DNA from: an uncultured Candidatus Saccharibacteria bacterium
GTDB lineage: Bacteria; Patescibacteriota; Minisyncoccia; Minisyncoccales; PEYH01
DNA length: 64,000 bases
Direction of reading: 5' to 3'
NCBI GenBank assembly: GCA_964616145.1
Contig: CAZTRD010000001.1
Location: forward strand, 4,024-68,023
The notes beneath the pieces are model-generated. The model was not told where the DNA came from and ran no database searches. It saw nothing but the letters and a program-made list of their open reading frames with translations. A program made the translations under genes and the position numbers. This document shows positions 1-7,570 of the stretch, one piece after another. Position 1 is the first letter of the stretch. Each line of letters starts with the position of its first letter.

Positions 1-420
1 ATCAAAATCCCTATTAATATCATATCCGTCTTTATTACACCTTGCTCCAAGAACAGCTCCCACAGGATTAACAGGTGATATGATTTTTATCTCCCAATCT
101 TTGTAATGCTCTGGGTTTTCATAGATGTCTTTTACTATCTTAGGCACTGCAAAAACTCCGGATATTTCGTTGCCATGCATTCCTGCCGTAAGAAGCATTT
201 TTTTCTTTGCCTGGCTTCCTTTCCAATCAAGCTCTATGGCAAAATACTCTTTGCCCTGATAGCTGGTAGAATAGCTTTTGCTAATCTGGAATTTCCCTTT
301 ATATTGATTGAGCTCTTCAAGATAGGATTCCAGATTGAAATCAAATCCAAAATAATTATAATCTGTTGCTTTTTCCGGCCCTAAAAATGGTCTTTTAGAG
401 AAATAGTATTTCTTTAGCAT
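1..420 (-). CDS. M14-like zinc carboxypeptidase / succinylglutamate desuccinylase-aspartoacylase (AstE/AspA) family protein, N-terminal 140 aa (C-terminus beyond window edge)
   Basis: Own translation from ATG at 418-420, open to position 1: MLKKYYFSKRPFLGPEKATD...KKKMLLTAGMHGNEISGVFAVPK...ISPVNPVGAVLGARCNKDGYDINRDFD. HGNE zinc-ligand motif and DxNRDF motif are typical of the family. Missing from the ORF track because the window truncates it. Confidence 0.6.
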   Translation of the reverse strand, partial: MLKKYYFSKRPFLGPEKATDYNYFGFDFNLESYLEELNQYKGKFQISKSYSTSYQGKEYFAIELDWKGSQAKKKMLLTAGMHGNEISGVFAVPKIVKDIYENPEHYKDWEIKIISPVNPVGAVLGARCNKDGYDINRDFD

Positions 421-421
421 C

Positions 422-1147
422 TTAAGATCGTATATCAACATTTTTATTTTTTTTAATTAAATATGGCCTAGCTCTAAGATACATCAAAGCAGGGATAAAT
501 ACAAAAAATATATCCACCAATGATAGCCTGGGAAGGAAATATAGAATCCTGATTCCTATCAACGCCCCATATATCATAACAGCATAAAATTCATAGAATG
601 ATTCGGGATGATAGAAAGAGAATTTTCCGCTTCTTAAATCTCTTCTGAAGATGACTATTGAGAAAATTAGGGTAAAAGCAATAAAGATAAATATCAGCGT
701 GCCTTCTGGAATAACGGTTGGAAGAACTAAAAATGGCATATCGTCCCTTTGCTGTATTCTTGAACCGACCAATGTAAGTACTACGAAAAATATAGCAATA
801 GAAAAAATAATTGCTAATATTGTTCTTTTAATAATTTTATTATTTGTAGCTATAGAAACGATGTAATAAACAGCTGATATTACCTCTGCTATAATGAACA
901 TCGCCGAAGGGATTGCAAAATTTTCTGCTACTTTGGGGTAGCCGAACAAGAGAGAAATCCAACTAATAGCTGTGATCGTAAAAAAACCATAGCAAATAGT
1001 CCAAAAAGTCATCAATATTCTTTTATTAGGACTTTTTTCTAATGGAACTTTTTTCAGAAAAAATATGGCTGAAGCACAACAAAAAGCCATAAAAAATTGG
1101 GTAATAACTGCTCCTGGTGTTGCTTTTAATATTTCCGTAGCTACCAT
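422..1147 (-). CDS. Polytopic membrane protein, uncharacterised family (downstream copy of a tandem paralogue pair)
   Basis: 241-aa ORF with about 7 hydrophobic segments. Same length as the 1148-1873 ORF and shares blocks with it (QQRDD[MI]PFL, IPEGT, GKFSFYHPESFYEFY, YLRARPY). Its ATG directly abuts the upstream stop. Confidence 0.6.
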   Translation of the reverse strand: MVATEILKATPGAVITQFFMAFCCASAIFFLKKVPLEKSPNKRILMTFWTICYGFFTITAISWISLLFGYPKVAENFAIPSAMFIIAEVISAVYYIVSIATNNKIIKRTILAIIFSIAIFFVVLTLVGSRIQQRDDMPFLVLPTVIPEGTLIFIFIAFTLIFSIVIFRRDLRSGKFSFYHPESFYEFYAVMIYGALIGIRILYFLPRLSLVDIFFVFIPALMYLRARPYLIKKNKNVDIRS

Positions 1148-1873
1148 TTATTTTAAAATCCTTTCATGCGATTTCTTAGCTAGATAAGGCCTAGCTCTGA
1201 GATAAGACATGATAGGGATTAATACAAAAAATATATCTAATAATGACGGCCTGGGAAGGAAATACAAAATTCTGATTCCCACTAGTGATCCGTATATCAT
1301 TACAGTATAGAATTCATAGAATGATTCGGGATGATAAAAAGAGAATTTTCCGTCTCTTAAATCCTTTCTGAATATTATCAATGAGAGTATGACCATCAAA
1401 GAGATGAAGATAAAAATTACTGTTCCTTCTGGAATGGCGGTAGGAAGGGTAAGAAAGGGAATATCGTCTCTTTGTTGGAAGGTAGAACCTGTTACCAGCA
1501 TTACCGTGAAGAACAAGGCAACCAAACCGAACATGGAAAGAACTAATCTTTTCATGAATTTACTTCTTGTTACTAGAGATACGATATAGTAACCAGCTGC
1601 GATTGATTGCATTATCACGCAGGTATATTGGGGAATCGCCATTATCTCTGCCACGGATCCAGCATTGAATAGCATAACAGCGCCCCAAGCTAAAGCTGTA
1701 AAAAGATAGAAGCCATAACCTCCCAACCAGAATATTGTCAGCGCTTTTCTATGCGGGCTATCTTTTGCAGGAATTTTTCTCAAAAAGTATATTACTAGAA
1801 CACAACAAAGAGCGATAAAAAACTGGGCCATTATCGCCTGCGGAGTAGCTTCAAGAATTTCTGTTGATACCAT
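1148..1873 (-). CDS. Polytopic membrane protein, uncharacterised family (upstream copy of the tandem paralogue pair)
   Basis: 241-aa ORF, colinear with 422-1147 over its full length with the same conserved blocks. Confidence 0.6.
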   Translation of the reverse strand: MVSTEILEATPQAIMAQFFIALCCVLVIYFLRKIPAKDSPHRKALTIFWLGGYGFYLFTALAWGAVMLFNAGSVAEIMAIPQYTCVIMQSIAAGYYIVSLVTRSKFMKRLVLSMFGLVALFFTVMLVTGSTFQQRDDIPFLTLPTAIPEGTVIFIFISLMVILSLIIFRKDLRDGKFSFYHPESFYEFYTVMIYGSLVGIRILYFLPRPSLLDIFFVLIPIMSYLRARPYLAKKSHERILK

Positions 1874-1926
1874 TCTTGAATTATATCATCTAAAATCAAT
1901 TTCCGAAATTACAATACATCTATATA

Positions 1927-2580
1927 TTAAGATTTTGTGCAAATAAACGCTGACTCTGTGCCAATATTTGAACGGAATTTAATGAATGATGGAAAGGCAA
2001 TATTTATATACGTCCAATGATCAATCACATTAAATCCTAGTCCTTTTAATAGATCTAATACATTCTTGTGAGAAAAGAGCGAAATATGGTGTTCTTTTTC
2101 ATCGGCGCGAGAAAAAATCTTTTCCCTAAGCCAATTAGCATTGGGGGTATTTATATAAAAAATCCCATTCGTCTTTAAAACCCTCCTTATATTATTCAAG
2201 AGAAGGGTAGGATTTTCTAAATGTTCGATTACATCATTGCATATTACTATATCAAAAAAATCCTTTTCAAAAGGTAGGTCTTTTTCGGCTTCTTGAGCTA
2301 TTAAAGCTGCTCCAGGAATTCTTTGTTTGGCCTTTGATATCGCATAATCTGAAATATCTATCCCGAATTTTTCAAATGACTCAGGAAATTTTTGCAACAT
2401 AAACCCATAGGCGCAACCAATGTCTAAAACCCTTCCGCGTTTAATTTCTTTTAAATATGGCTTTAACGGTTTAAAAAGATTTTTAAAGTAAAATTTCTGG
2501 AATCTTCCGTAGCCAAAAAGATAGAAAAACGAACCTTTTCCCTTGAAATACTTTTCCGTATAGATTTCCTTATAATCCAT
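1927..2580 (-). CDS. Class I SAM-dependent methyltransferase
   Basis: 217 aa. Motif I is VLDIGCAYG, followed by GIDISD and DIVICNDVIEHLENP. Confidence 0.75.
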   Translation of the reverse strand: MDYKEIYTEKYFKGKGSFFYLFGYGRFQKFYFKNLFKPLKPYLKEIKRGRVLDIGCAYGFMLQKFPESFEKFGIDISDYAISKAKQRIPGAALIAQEAEKDLPFEKDFFDIVICNDVIEHLENPTLLLNNIRRVLKTNGIFYINTPNANWLREKIFSRADEKEHHISLFSHKNVLDLLKGLGFNVIDHWTYINIAFPSFIKFRSNIGTESAFICTKS

Positions 2581-2600
2581 AATCAGGATATGGCCAAAAA

Positions 2601-2843
2601 TTATTTCTTTTTTGATTTCAAGATTATATCAACAACTGCTATCAATACCCCAGTTCCCATCAAAGAATATCCTAGAATTCTATTTTCTCCGAAAATAATT
2701 CCTGCAATGATGAACGCAAAAGAAATGCCGGCCAGGAAATAAAGTGTTCCCATTGGTTTTTCTTTCTTTCTGAGAAAAATTGCTAAGATAATCAATATTA
2801 GGGCTGGAACTATTAATGCTAGTAGTATATATGGTATTTGCAT
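2601..2843 (-). CDS. Small membrane protein (2-3 helices), unknown function
   Basis: 80-aa hydrophobic ORF with a K-rich tail. No family recognised. Confidence 0.4.
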   Translation of the reverse strand: MQIPYILLALIVPALILIILAIFLRKKEKPMGTLYFLAGISFAFIIAGIIFGENRILGYSLMGTGVLIAVVDIILKSKKK

Positions 2844-2856
2844 ATTTTTTAATTAG

Positions 2857-2927
2857 TGGACCTGGTGAGAATCGAACCCACATCACTGCAATGCGAATGC
2901 AGCGCTCTACCATTAAGCTACAGGCCC
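2857..2927 (-). tRNA. tRNA-Ala (anticodon CGC), no encoded CCA
   Basis: Reverse complement is GGGCCTGTAGCTTAATGGTAGAGCGCTGCATTCGCATTGCAGTGATGTGGGTTCGATTCTCACCAGGTCCA. It folds as a cloverleaf with anticodon loop TTCGCAT, the G3:U70 alanine identity pair and a TTCGATT T-loop. Confidence 0.9.
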
Positions 2928-2931
2928 TTTA

Positions 2932-3411
2932 TTACGGAAAAACTACTCTTATCCTAATAACTGCATCTCTCTTTGAATGTATGAAATTAGCTTTGCCTTT
3001 ATATACTTTCTTAATCTTTTTGGCAAGCTGATTTATCATCTGATTCTGAGTTACGGTAACCCTTACCATTCCTCTGGCAATTTCATCAATTGTTATTACC
3101 CTGGCCATCGGATCATTCTTAAAAGATATGTTTCCGAAATTAGCAACCAGGTTTTTAATCTCTTCATTTTTCTCTGAAGGGATATTTTCCAGTATCAATT
3201 CTCCCTCGTATTTCCCTTCATCCTGCATTTTGCAGGCAGGGCAGATAACCATTTTAACATTTCTGTCTTCTTCCAGATTAGGATGATCATCCAAAGAATG
3301 ATGCCATGTCTTATACCAATAGGCAGCATTGCATTCTTTGCATAGAAGAATATCGGCTTTAGCGCTTTTCTCTAAATGAAATGGCGTATTTTTATTAAAG
3401 AAATTGGCCAT
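2932..3411 (-). CDS. Zn-ribbon protein, uncharacterised (two CxxC pairs)
   Basis: 159 aa with CKEC...CPAC. An NMD3-like or BCAM0308-like fold is possible but could not be verified without a search. Confidence 0.45.
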   Translation of the reverse strand: MANFFNKNTPFHLEKSAKADILLCKECNAAYWYKTWHHSLDDHPNLEEDRNVKMVICPACKMQDEGKYEGELILENIPSEKNEEIKNLVANFGNISFKNDPMARVITIDEIARGMVRVTVTQNQMINQLAKKIKKVYKGKANFIHSKRDAVIRIRVVFP

Positions 3412-3441
3412 AATTTTTAATCATAGAATATATTCTGTTGC

Positions 3442-3470
3442 TTGTATATATTACATTTTTAGAATATAAT
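3442..3470 (+). promoter_or_regulatory. Putative sigma70-type promoter (TTGTAT-17 nt-TATAAT)
   Basis: -35 TTGTAT at 3442-3447 and -10 TATAAT at 3465-3470, 21 nt upstream of the ATG at 3492. Confidence 0.4.
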
Positions 3471-3491
3471 GCTAGGATAAACATGAATTAA

Positions 3492-4625
3492 ATGACTAAA
3501 AAAATACTATTTTCAATCCTGGCAATTTTTCTTTTTTTAGGATTTTTTAATCAGGCATTTGGTATAGAAAACGTAGAGATTAATTTCTTTGAAAAACCGG
3601 GCTGCCCTCATTGCAAAGACGAACAAGGATTTTTAAAGGATCTGAAAGTAAAATATCCTCAGATACAGATAAATGAATATTCTGTTTTAGTAGAAAACAA
3701 TGTAAAAAAATGGGAGGAACTATGTGTTCAGTATAATGTGGAAAAATGTTTGGGCGTTGTGCCGGTAACTTTCGTAAATGATAAATTCTTCTTGGGATTT
3801 GATAACAAAGATGGCATGGGAAGAGAAATAGAGAATGCAGCAAGAGAGGATCTAGGGCTTCCTTCGCTGGATTCTTCTGGCGGACTATATCTTCCTATCA
3901 TCGGAAGAATTGATTTAAGTAAATTCTCATTGCCAGTATTAGCTGTGGTTTTAGGATTTTTTGACGGATTCAATGTATGCTCTTTAGGGGCGTTGGTTTT
4001 AATTTTAAGCATGATTCTTGCCTTAAAATCAAGAAGGAGAATCTTAATCTTCGGAGGGACCTTTATCATTACCACTGCTGTAATATACGGATTATTGATC
4101 TTTCTGTGGTACAAGGTGTTTTCCGTATTTGAAAACTATCTAGGAGCATTGCAGATATTGATAGGGATAATTTCTTTTGCCGGAGCTATGTATTTCTTTA
4201 GACAATTCCTTAAATTCAGGAAGCAAGGACCTGCTTGCGATATGCAGAATCGAGGAATTTCTGCAAAATTAAGCAAACATGTTTCCAATTCTTTTGAAAA
4301 ATCATTAAATACATTTGCATTAATAGGAATAGTTTTGCTTTTTGCTTTTGTCATCACCATAGTAGAATTTCCATGCTCCGCTGCCATTCCTGTAGTTTTT
4401 GCCGGAACACTAACTAATGCAAGTCTTTCTGCGGGAATGCATTTCCTATACATATTAATATATATTGTTTTCTATCTCTTGGACGAATTATTGGTTTTCC
4501 TTATCGCTGTCTTCACGATGAAGCTTTGGCTAGCTTCAAATAGGTTTGTAATCTGGAGTGCTTTAGCTACTTCAATAGTTCTTCTCTTAATGTCCGGCTA
4601 CTATATCCTCGGATTAATTTCTTAA
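3492..4625 (+). CDS. Thioredoxin/glutaredoxin-fold domain (CPHC) fused to a CcdA/DsbD-like thiol-disulfide transporter membrane domain
   Basis: 377 aa with a signal peptide, then FFEKPGCPHCKDE. A multi-helix membrane domain follows, with Cys in helices (FNVCSLGA, EFPCSAAIP) as in the DsbD/CcdA family. Confidence 0.6.
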   Translation: MTKKILFSILAIFLFLGFFNQAFGIENVEINFFEKPGCPHCKDEQGFLKDLKVKYPQIQINEYSVLVENNVKKWEELCVQYNVEKCLGVVPVTFVNDKFFLGFDNKDGMGREIENAAREDLGLPSLDSSGGLYLPIIGRIDLSKFSLPVLAVVLGFFDGFNVCSLGALVLILSMILALKSRRRILIFGGTFIITTAVIYGLLIFLWYKVFSVFENYLGALQILIGIISFAGAMYFFRQFLKFRKQGPACDMQNRGISAKLSKHVSNSFEKSLNTFALIGIVLLFAFVITIVEFPCSAAIPVVFAGTLTNASLSAGMHFLYILIYIVFYLLDELLVFLIAVFTMKLWLASNRFVIWSALATSIVLLLMSGYYILGLIS

Positions 4626-4662
4626 AAGAAAAAGGGGGCTCGTGCACAAATGCCGAGACCCC
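4624..4662 (-). terminator. Intrinsic terminator (minus strand)
   Basis: Minus strand reads GGGGTCTCGGCATTTGTGCACGAGCCCC followed by CTTTTTCTTTT. The stem is 8 bp plus 3 bp, GC-rich, with one bulge. Confidence 0.7.
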
Positions 4663-4865
4663 GTTGCCATGGGGGGGGCAGAGTTCTCTCTCTTGTCGTG
4701 CTCTTCTCTCCGCCGCGAAGGTTTGACGTGACAAGGAGAAGGCGGTCTCAGCCCCCCGAATAACGCGTGGGTCGTGGATTCCACCGACGCGTTGGTCCCT
4801 TCTTGGCCGGGACCCACCAATGTGCTCGTCCCCGGACGAGCGGTTGTCGTTCTCGTCGTCTAAGG
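4624..4865 (-). ncRNA. GC-rich structured RNA of unknown class (about 240 nt)
   Basis: About 60% GC (by eye) against an AT-rich background. Helices seen: 4635-4642/4654-4662, 4673-4683/4747-4757, 4763-4768/4787-4792, 4794-4799/4809-4814, 4824-4830/4835-4841. The strand is inferred from the hairpin plus T-run that reads as a terminator only on the minus strand. No credible ORF. The 5' end is uncertain. Confidence 0.55.
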
Positions 4866-4920
4866 TATATCAATATGGTAATAAAAAGAAGGGACCTTGT
4901 AAAGACCCTTTTTGATTTTG

Positions 4921-4991
4921 TCGGGGTGCAGAGATTTGAACTCTGACTAAATCCTCCCGAAGGACTCGTGCTACCGTTACACTACACCCCG
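4921..4991 (-). tRNA. tRNA-Pro (anticodon CGG), no encoded CCA
   Basis: Reverse complement is CGGGGTGTAGTGTAACGGTAGCACGAGTCCTTCGGGAGGATTTAGTCAGAGTTCAAATCTCTGCACCCCGA. Anticodon loop TTCGGGA with G37; the acceptor stem pairs fully. Confidence 0.9.
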
Positions 4992-4996
4992 GAAAA

Positions 4997-6457
4997 TTAA
5001 GAGACCCAATATTTCTGCTTGGTCATTTCATCTCTTTTTCCAACTACCTGTCCGATTTTATCTTTAGCAATTTTTGAAAGTTTTCCTAATCTCTGCTCAT
5101 CTATCTGTCCTAATTCTTTTATTTTAGATTCTAAGTATTTCTTATCATTATTCTTCGGATCATTTAAAACTTCGGATAATAGAATGCTTAAAATCCAACC
5201 TATTCTCGGACCAGGAGATGTTTTTAATATCTCCATTATATCTTTTCCATCTATTTTCAATTTTGAAGCATCTATTGGATCTTGAGAAACTTTTTCAACT
5301 ATATACATGAAATGCCTTAATTTGTATGGCATTGCTTTCGGACAGCCAGAACCAATCCTATCACAAGTTCTTAATTGAACAAGTTCGTCCAGATTTTCTT
5401 TTCCTACATTTAACAACAGGCGCCTGACAGATGATTCTGTCACTTCTTGAGCATCATAGTAGAAAAGATGATAGCGGACAAGCTTTACAATCTTTTCTAT
5501 TTCTTTATTGGAAAATCTTAAACGGATAAGAATTTGCTTGGTCATTTTGGCTCCCATTGTTTCATGGCCGTAGAAAGTGGAATCCTTCCCTTTCCCTGCT
5601 TTAGTTCTTGGCTTGGCAACATCATGCAATAAAGCTGAAATCCTTACATACTTGTTATATTCTTTCTGAGCTGCGTAATCTAAAGACCTTAAAGAATGAT
5701 CATATACATCATATAAATGATGCTTATTCTGTCCTACCTTATATCCTTCCAACAATTCAGGAATAACATGCTTTAATAATTCTGTTTCTCTCAATAATTC
5801 TATTCCTGAAGATGGATTCTTTGACATTATTAATTTTACGAATTCATCCCTTATTCTTTCTTGAGAAACGTGTTTCAAAAGAGATGAGTTGTCTTTGATT
5901 GCTTTATAGGTTTTAGTTTCTATCTTAAAATCCAAAGCGGCTGCTAATCTTACAGCTCTCATCAAGCGCAAAGCATCTTCTTTAAATCTATGATCAGGGT
6001 TTCCAACTGCTTTGATTATTTTGGCTTTTAAATCCTTCTGGCCCGAGAAAGGATCTATTATCTCCCATTTATTATCCTTGAGTTTTAAAGCGATGGCGTT
6101 GATCGTGAAATCTCTTCTGGATAGATCCGCTTCTATTGTTTCTGCCCAAGACACCTTATCAGGATGTCTTTTGTCTGTATATTTCTCTTCTGTCCTGAAA
6201 GTGGTAATTTCTATCTCTTTTAAGTTTTCTTCTTTGCTTTTGGTAAAAACCCTGACTGTGCCAAAAGTGTTGTCTGTGTAATTTTTAGGGAATATTTTAG
6301 AAATCTCTTCGGGAGTGGCTGATGTTGTAATATCCCAGTCATTAGGAGTGACATTTTGTAAATAGTCCCTTACGCATCCGCCAACGATAAAGGCCTGGAA
6401 TTTTTTCTTTTCCAATTTCCCTATTATTTCTATTATTTCCTTCGGAACTTTCATCAT
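4997..6457 (-). CDS. cca: CCA-adding tRNA nucleotidyltransferase (PolyA_pol head plus HD domain)
   Basis: 486 aa. The N-terminus has FIVGGCVRDYLQNVTPNDWDITT; also RRDFTINA and an HD region (LLHDVAKP). Confidence 0.85.
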   Translation of the reverse strand: MMKVPKEIIEIIGKLEKKKFQAFIVGGCVRDYLQNVTPNDWDITTSATPEEISKIFPKNYTDNTFGTVRVFTKSKEENLKEIEITTFRTEEKYTDKRHPDKVSWAETIEADLSRRDFTINAIALKLKDNKWEIIDPFSGQKDLKAKIIKAVGNPDHRFKEDALRLMRAVRLAAALDFKIETKTYKAIKDNSSLLKHVSQERIRDEFVKLIMSKNPSSGIELLRETELLKHVIPELLEGYKVGQNKHHLYDVYDHSLRSLDYAAQKEYNKYVRISALLHDVAKPRTKAGKGKDSTFYGHETMGAKMTKQILIRLRFSNKEIEKIVKLVRYHLFYYDAQEVTESSVRRLLLNVGKENLDELVQLRTCDRIGSGCPKAMPYKLRHFMYIVEKVSQDPIDASKLKIDGKDIMEILKTSPGPRIGWILSILLSEVLNDPKNNDKKYLESKIKELGQIDEQRLGKLSKIAKDKIGQVVGKRDEMTKQKYWVS

Positions 6458-6517
6458 GTTGAATTTTAGAATAAAATTTGCGATTTATCAATGAATTTGC
6501 TAATATTATTGTAATAT

Positions 6518-6591
6518 GCCCCCGTAGCTCAACTGGATAGAGCGTGTGGCTTCGGACCATAAGGTTGAGGGTTCGAGCCCTTCCGGGGGCA
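6518..6591 (+). tRNA. tRNA-Arg (anticodon TCG), no encoded CCA
   Basis: GCCCCCGTAGCTCAACTGGATAGAGCGTGTGGCTTCGGACCATAAGGTTGAGGGTTCGAGCCCTTCCGGGGGCA, with anticodon loop CTTCGGA. Confidence 0.9.
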
Positions 6592-6601
6592 CAATAAAAT
6601 C

Positions 6602-7429
6602 ATGAAAAAAATACTTATTGCATTATTCATAACTATTATTCTTGGTTCTGTTTTATTGCCGGTTTTTAATATAAATGCGGCAGACGATCCTTGTGCATAT
6701 AGTGGAAAGGATCAATTGTCTTGCTCTTACGTAGATGGAGATGGGGTAACTCGCACGGCGACATACAAGCCAGGGGGAAGGTGTAGCTTATGTTGCAAAA
6801 AAGCTGGTTTAATGGTGTGTGGCTGGCCAGGATGTGAATGTCGTCTTTGCGACTTTTTTATACTGATAGACCATTTAATTGATTTTGCAATCTTAAAAAT
6901 TGCTCCCATTGCTGCTGTACTTTTGATAATAATAGGCGGAGTCATGTTTATGATAAGCAGTGGAGATCCAGGGAAGGTGACAAGGGCTAAAAACATAATT
7001 ATTTCTGTGGTTATGGGACTTGCCATTATATATAGTTCGTATATGATTGTGGGATTAATCCTAAAAAGCGTGGGCTTGGCAGGATGGACATCGGAAATGT
7101 ACGGTTCTTGGATAAACAATGGAGTATTTGAGATTGATTGTGGTGATGATAGCGGTTCTTCTGGATCAGGCAGTGGTTCTGGATCGGGAACGGGTAGTGG
7201 TGCCTCTGGGTCTGGATCAGGCAGTGGTTCTGGAGCAGGAAGCGGAGCTGACGATATTACTACTTTTTGCAATAGTTTTACCGCAGAAGAGAAAAAATCT
7301 TGCAATATTTATACTCGTAACAAAATGAGCGAATGCGCCAATAATCCTTGCCATGCTAATAGCGATTCTACCGGAAGGTGTTATCCAGAAAGAAATGGTT
7401 CTCTCTGGAGGTGTATTGATGTTAATTAG
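6602..7429 (+). CDS. Secreted Cys-rich protein with a VirB2/TrbC-like (CPR 'T4SS pilin') two-helix module, a (GS)n linker and a Cys-rich C-terminal knob
   Basis: 275 aa with a signal peptide and 10 Cys before the module. The module is IAPIAAVLLIIIGGVMFMISSGDPGKVTRAKNIIISVVMGLAIIYSSYMIVG, the same as in the 23135 and 26332 ORFs. A GSGSGSGTGSGASGSGSGSGSGAGSG linker follows. Confidence 0.6.
   Translation: MKKILIALFITIILGSVLLPVFNINAADDPCAYSGKDQLSCSYVDGDGVTRTATYKPGGRCSLCCKKAGLMVCGWPGCECRLCDFFILIDHLIDFAILKIAPIAAVLLIIIGGVMFMISSGDPGKVTRAKNIIISVVMGLAIIYSSYMIVGLILKSVGLAGWTSEMYGSWINNGVFEIDCGDDSGSSGSGSGSGSGTGSGASGSGSGSGSGAGSGADDITTFCNSFTAEEKKSCNIYTRNKMSECANNPCHANSDSTGRCYPERNGSLWRCIDVN
7150..7255 (+). 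repeat. Coding low-complexity (Gly-Ser) repeat with a 24-nt direct repeat
   Basis: tctggatcaggcagtggttctgga occurs at 7160-7183 and again at 7211-7234, inside the 6602-7429 CDS. Confidence 0.8.
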
Positions 7430-7456
7430 GGAAATGATATAATCATTTCTTGATAA

Positions 7457-7529
7457 GCCCCCATAGCTTAATCGGTAAAGCAGCTCCCTCTTAAGGAGAC
7501 GACTCCAGGTTCGAGTCCCGGTGGGGGCA
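7457..7529 (+). tRNA. tRNA-Lys (anticodon CTT), no encoded CCA
   Basis: GCCCCCATAGCTTAATCGGTAAAGCAGCTCCCTCTTAAGGAGACGACTCCAGGTTCGAGTCCCGGTGGGGGCA, with anticodon loop CTCTTAA. There is one A-C mismatch in the T stem and one G-A at 27:43. Confidence 0.8.
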
Positions 7530-7570
7530 CAGATGTATTTTCTCTCTTCTTTTTAAACCACTATTTAGGT

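Noticed and set aside
106-384. 92-aa plus-strand ORF
   Set aside because: It is an antisense shadow of the M14/AstE-like gene, which has clear motifs on the minus strand.
4614-4820. 68-aa minus-strand ORF (MVGPGQEGTNASVE...) and other short frames inside the GC-rich block
   Set aside because: The composition is driven by helices, the sequence is not protein-like, there is no start context, and several frames are open simply because the block is GC-rich. It is treated as RNA.
4624-4865. GC-rich RNA as RNase P RNA, SRP RNA, 6S RNA or a TPP riboswitch (it contains GGGGGGCTGAGACC...AACCTTCGCGGCGGAGAG, vaguely THI-box-like)
   Set aside because: There are no GGAAAGTCC or ACAGAA..GGCTTA (RNase P) motifs and no GGAAGCAGC (SRP) motif. 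It is not a single long imperfect hairpin, so it is not 6S-like. It lacks the TPP P3 arm, and no gene follows on that strand. The class is left unknown.
4877-4913. Terminator between tRNA-Pro and the GC-rich RNA (AAAAAGAA-GGGAC...GACCC-TTTTT), and an extended -10-like TGATATACC at 4864-4872 as the RNA's own promoter
   Set aside because: The stem has only 4 pairs with a central mismatch, and the -10 lacks the conserved final T and a matching -35. Both are too weak to call as features. Whether the RNA is independently transcribed or processed from the cca-tRNA-Pro transcript is left open.
6727-7305. 192-aa minus-strand ORF rich in P/E/L
   Set aside because: It is antisense to the pilin-module gene. 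The PEPLPDPDPE repeats are the reverse complement of the Gly-Ser linker.
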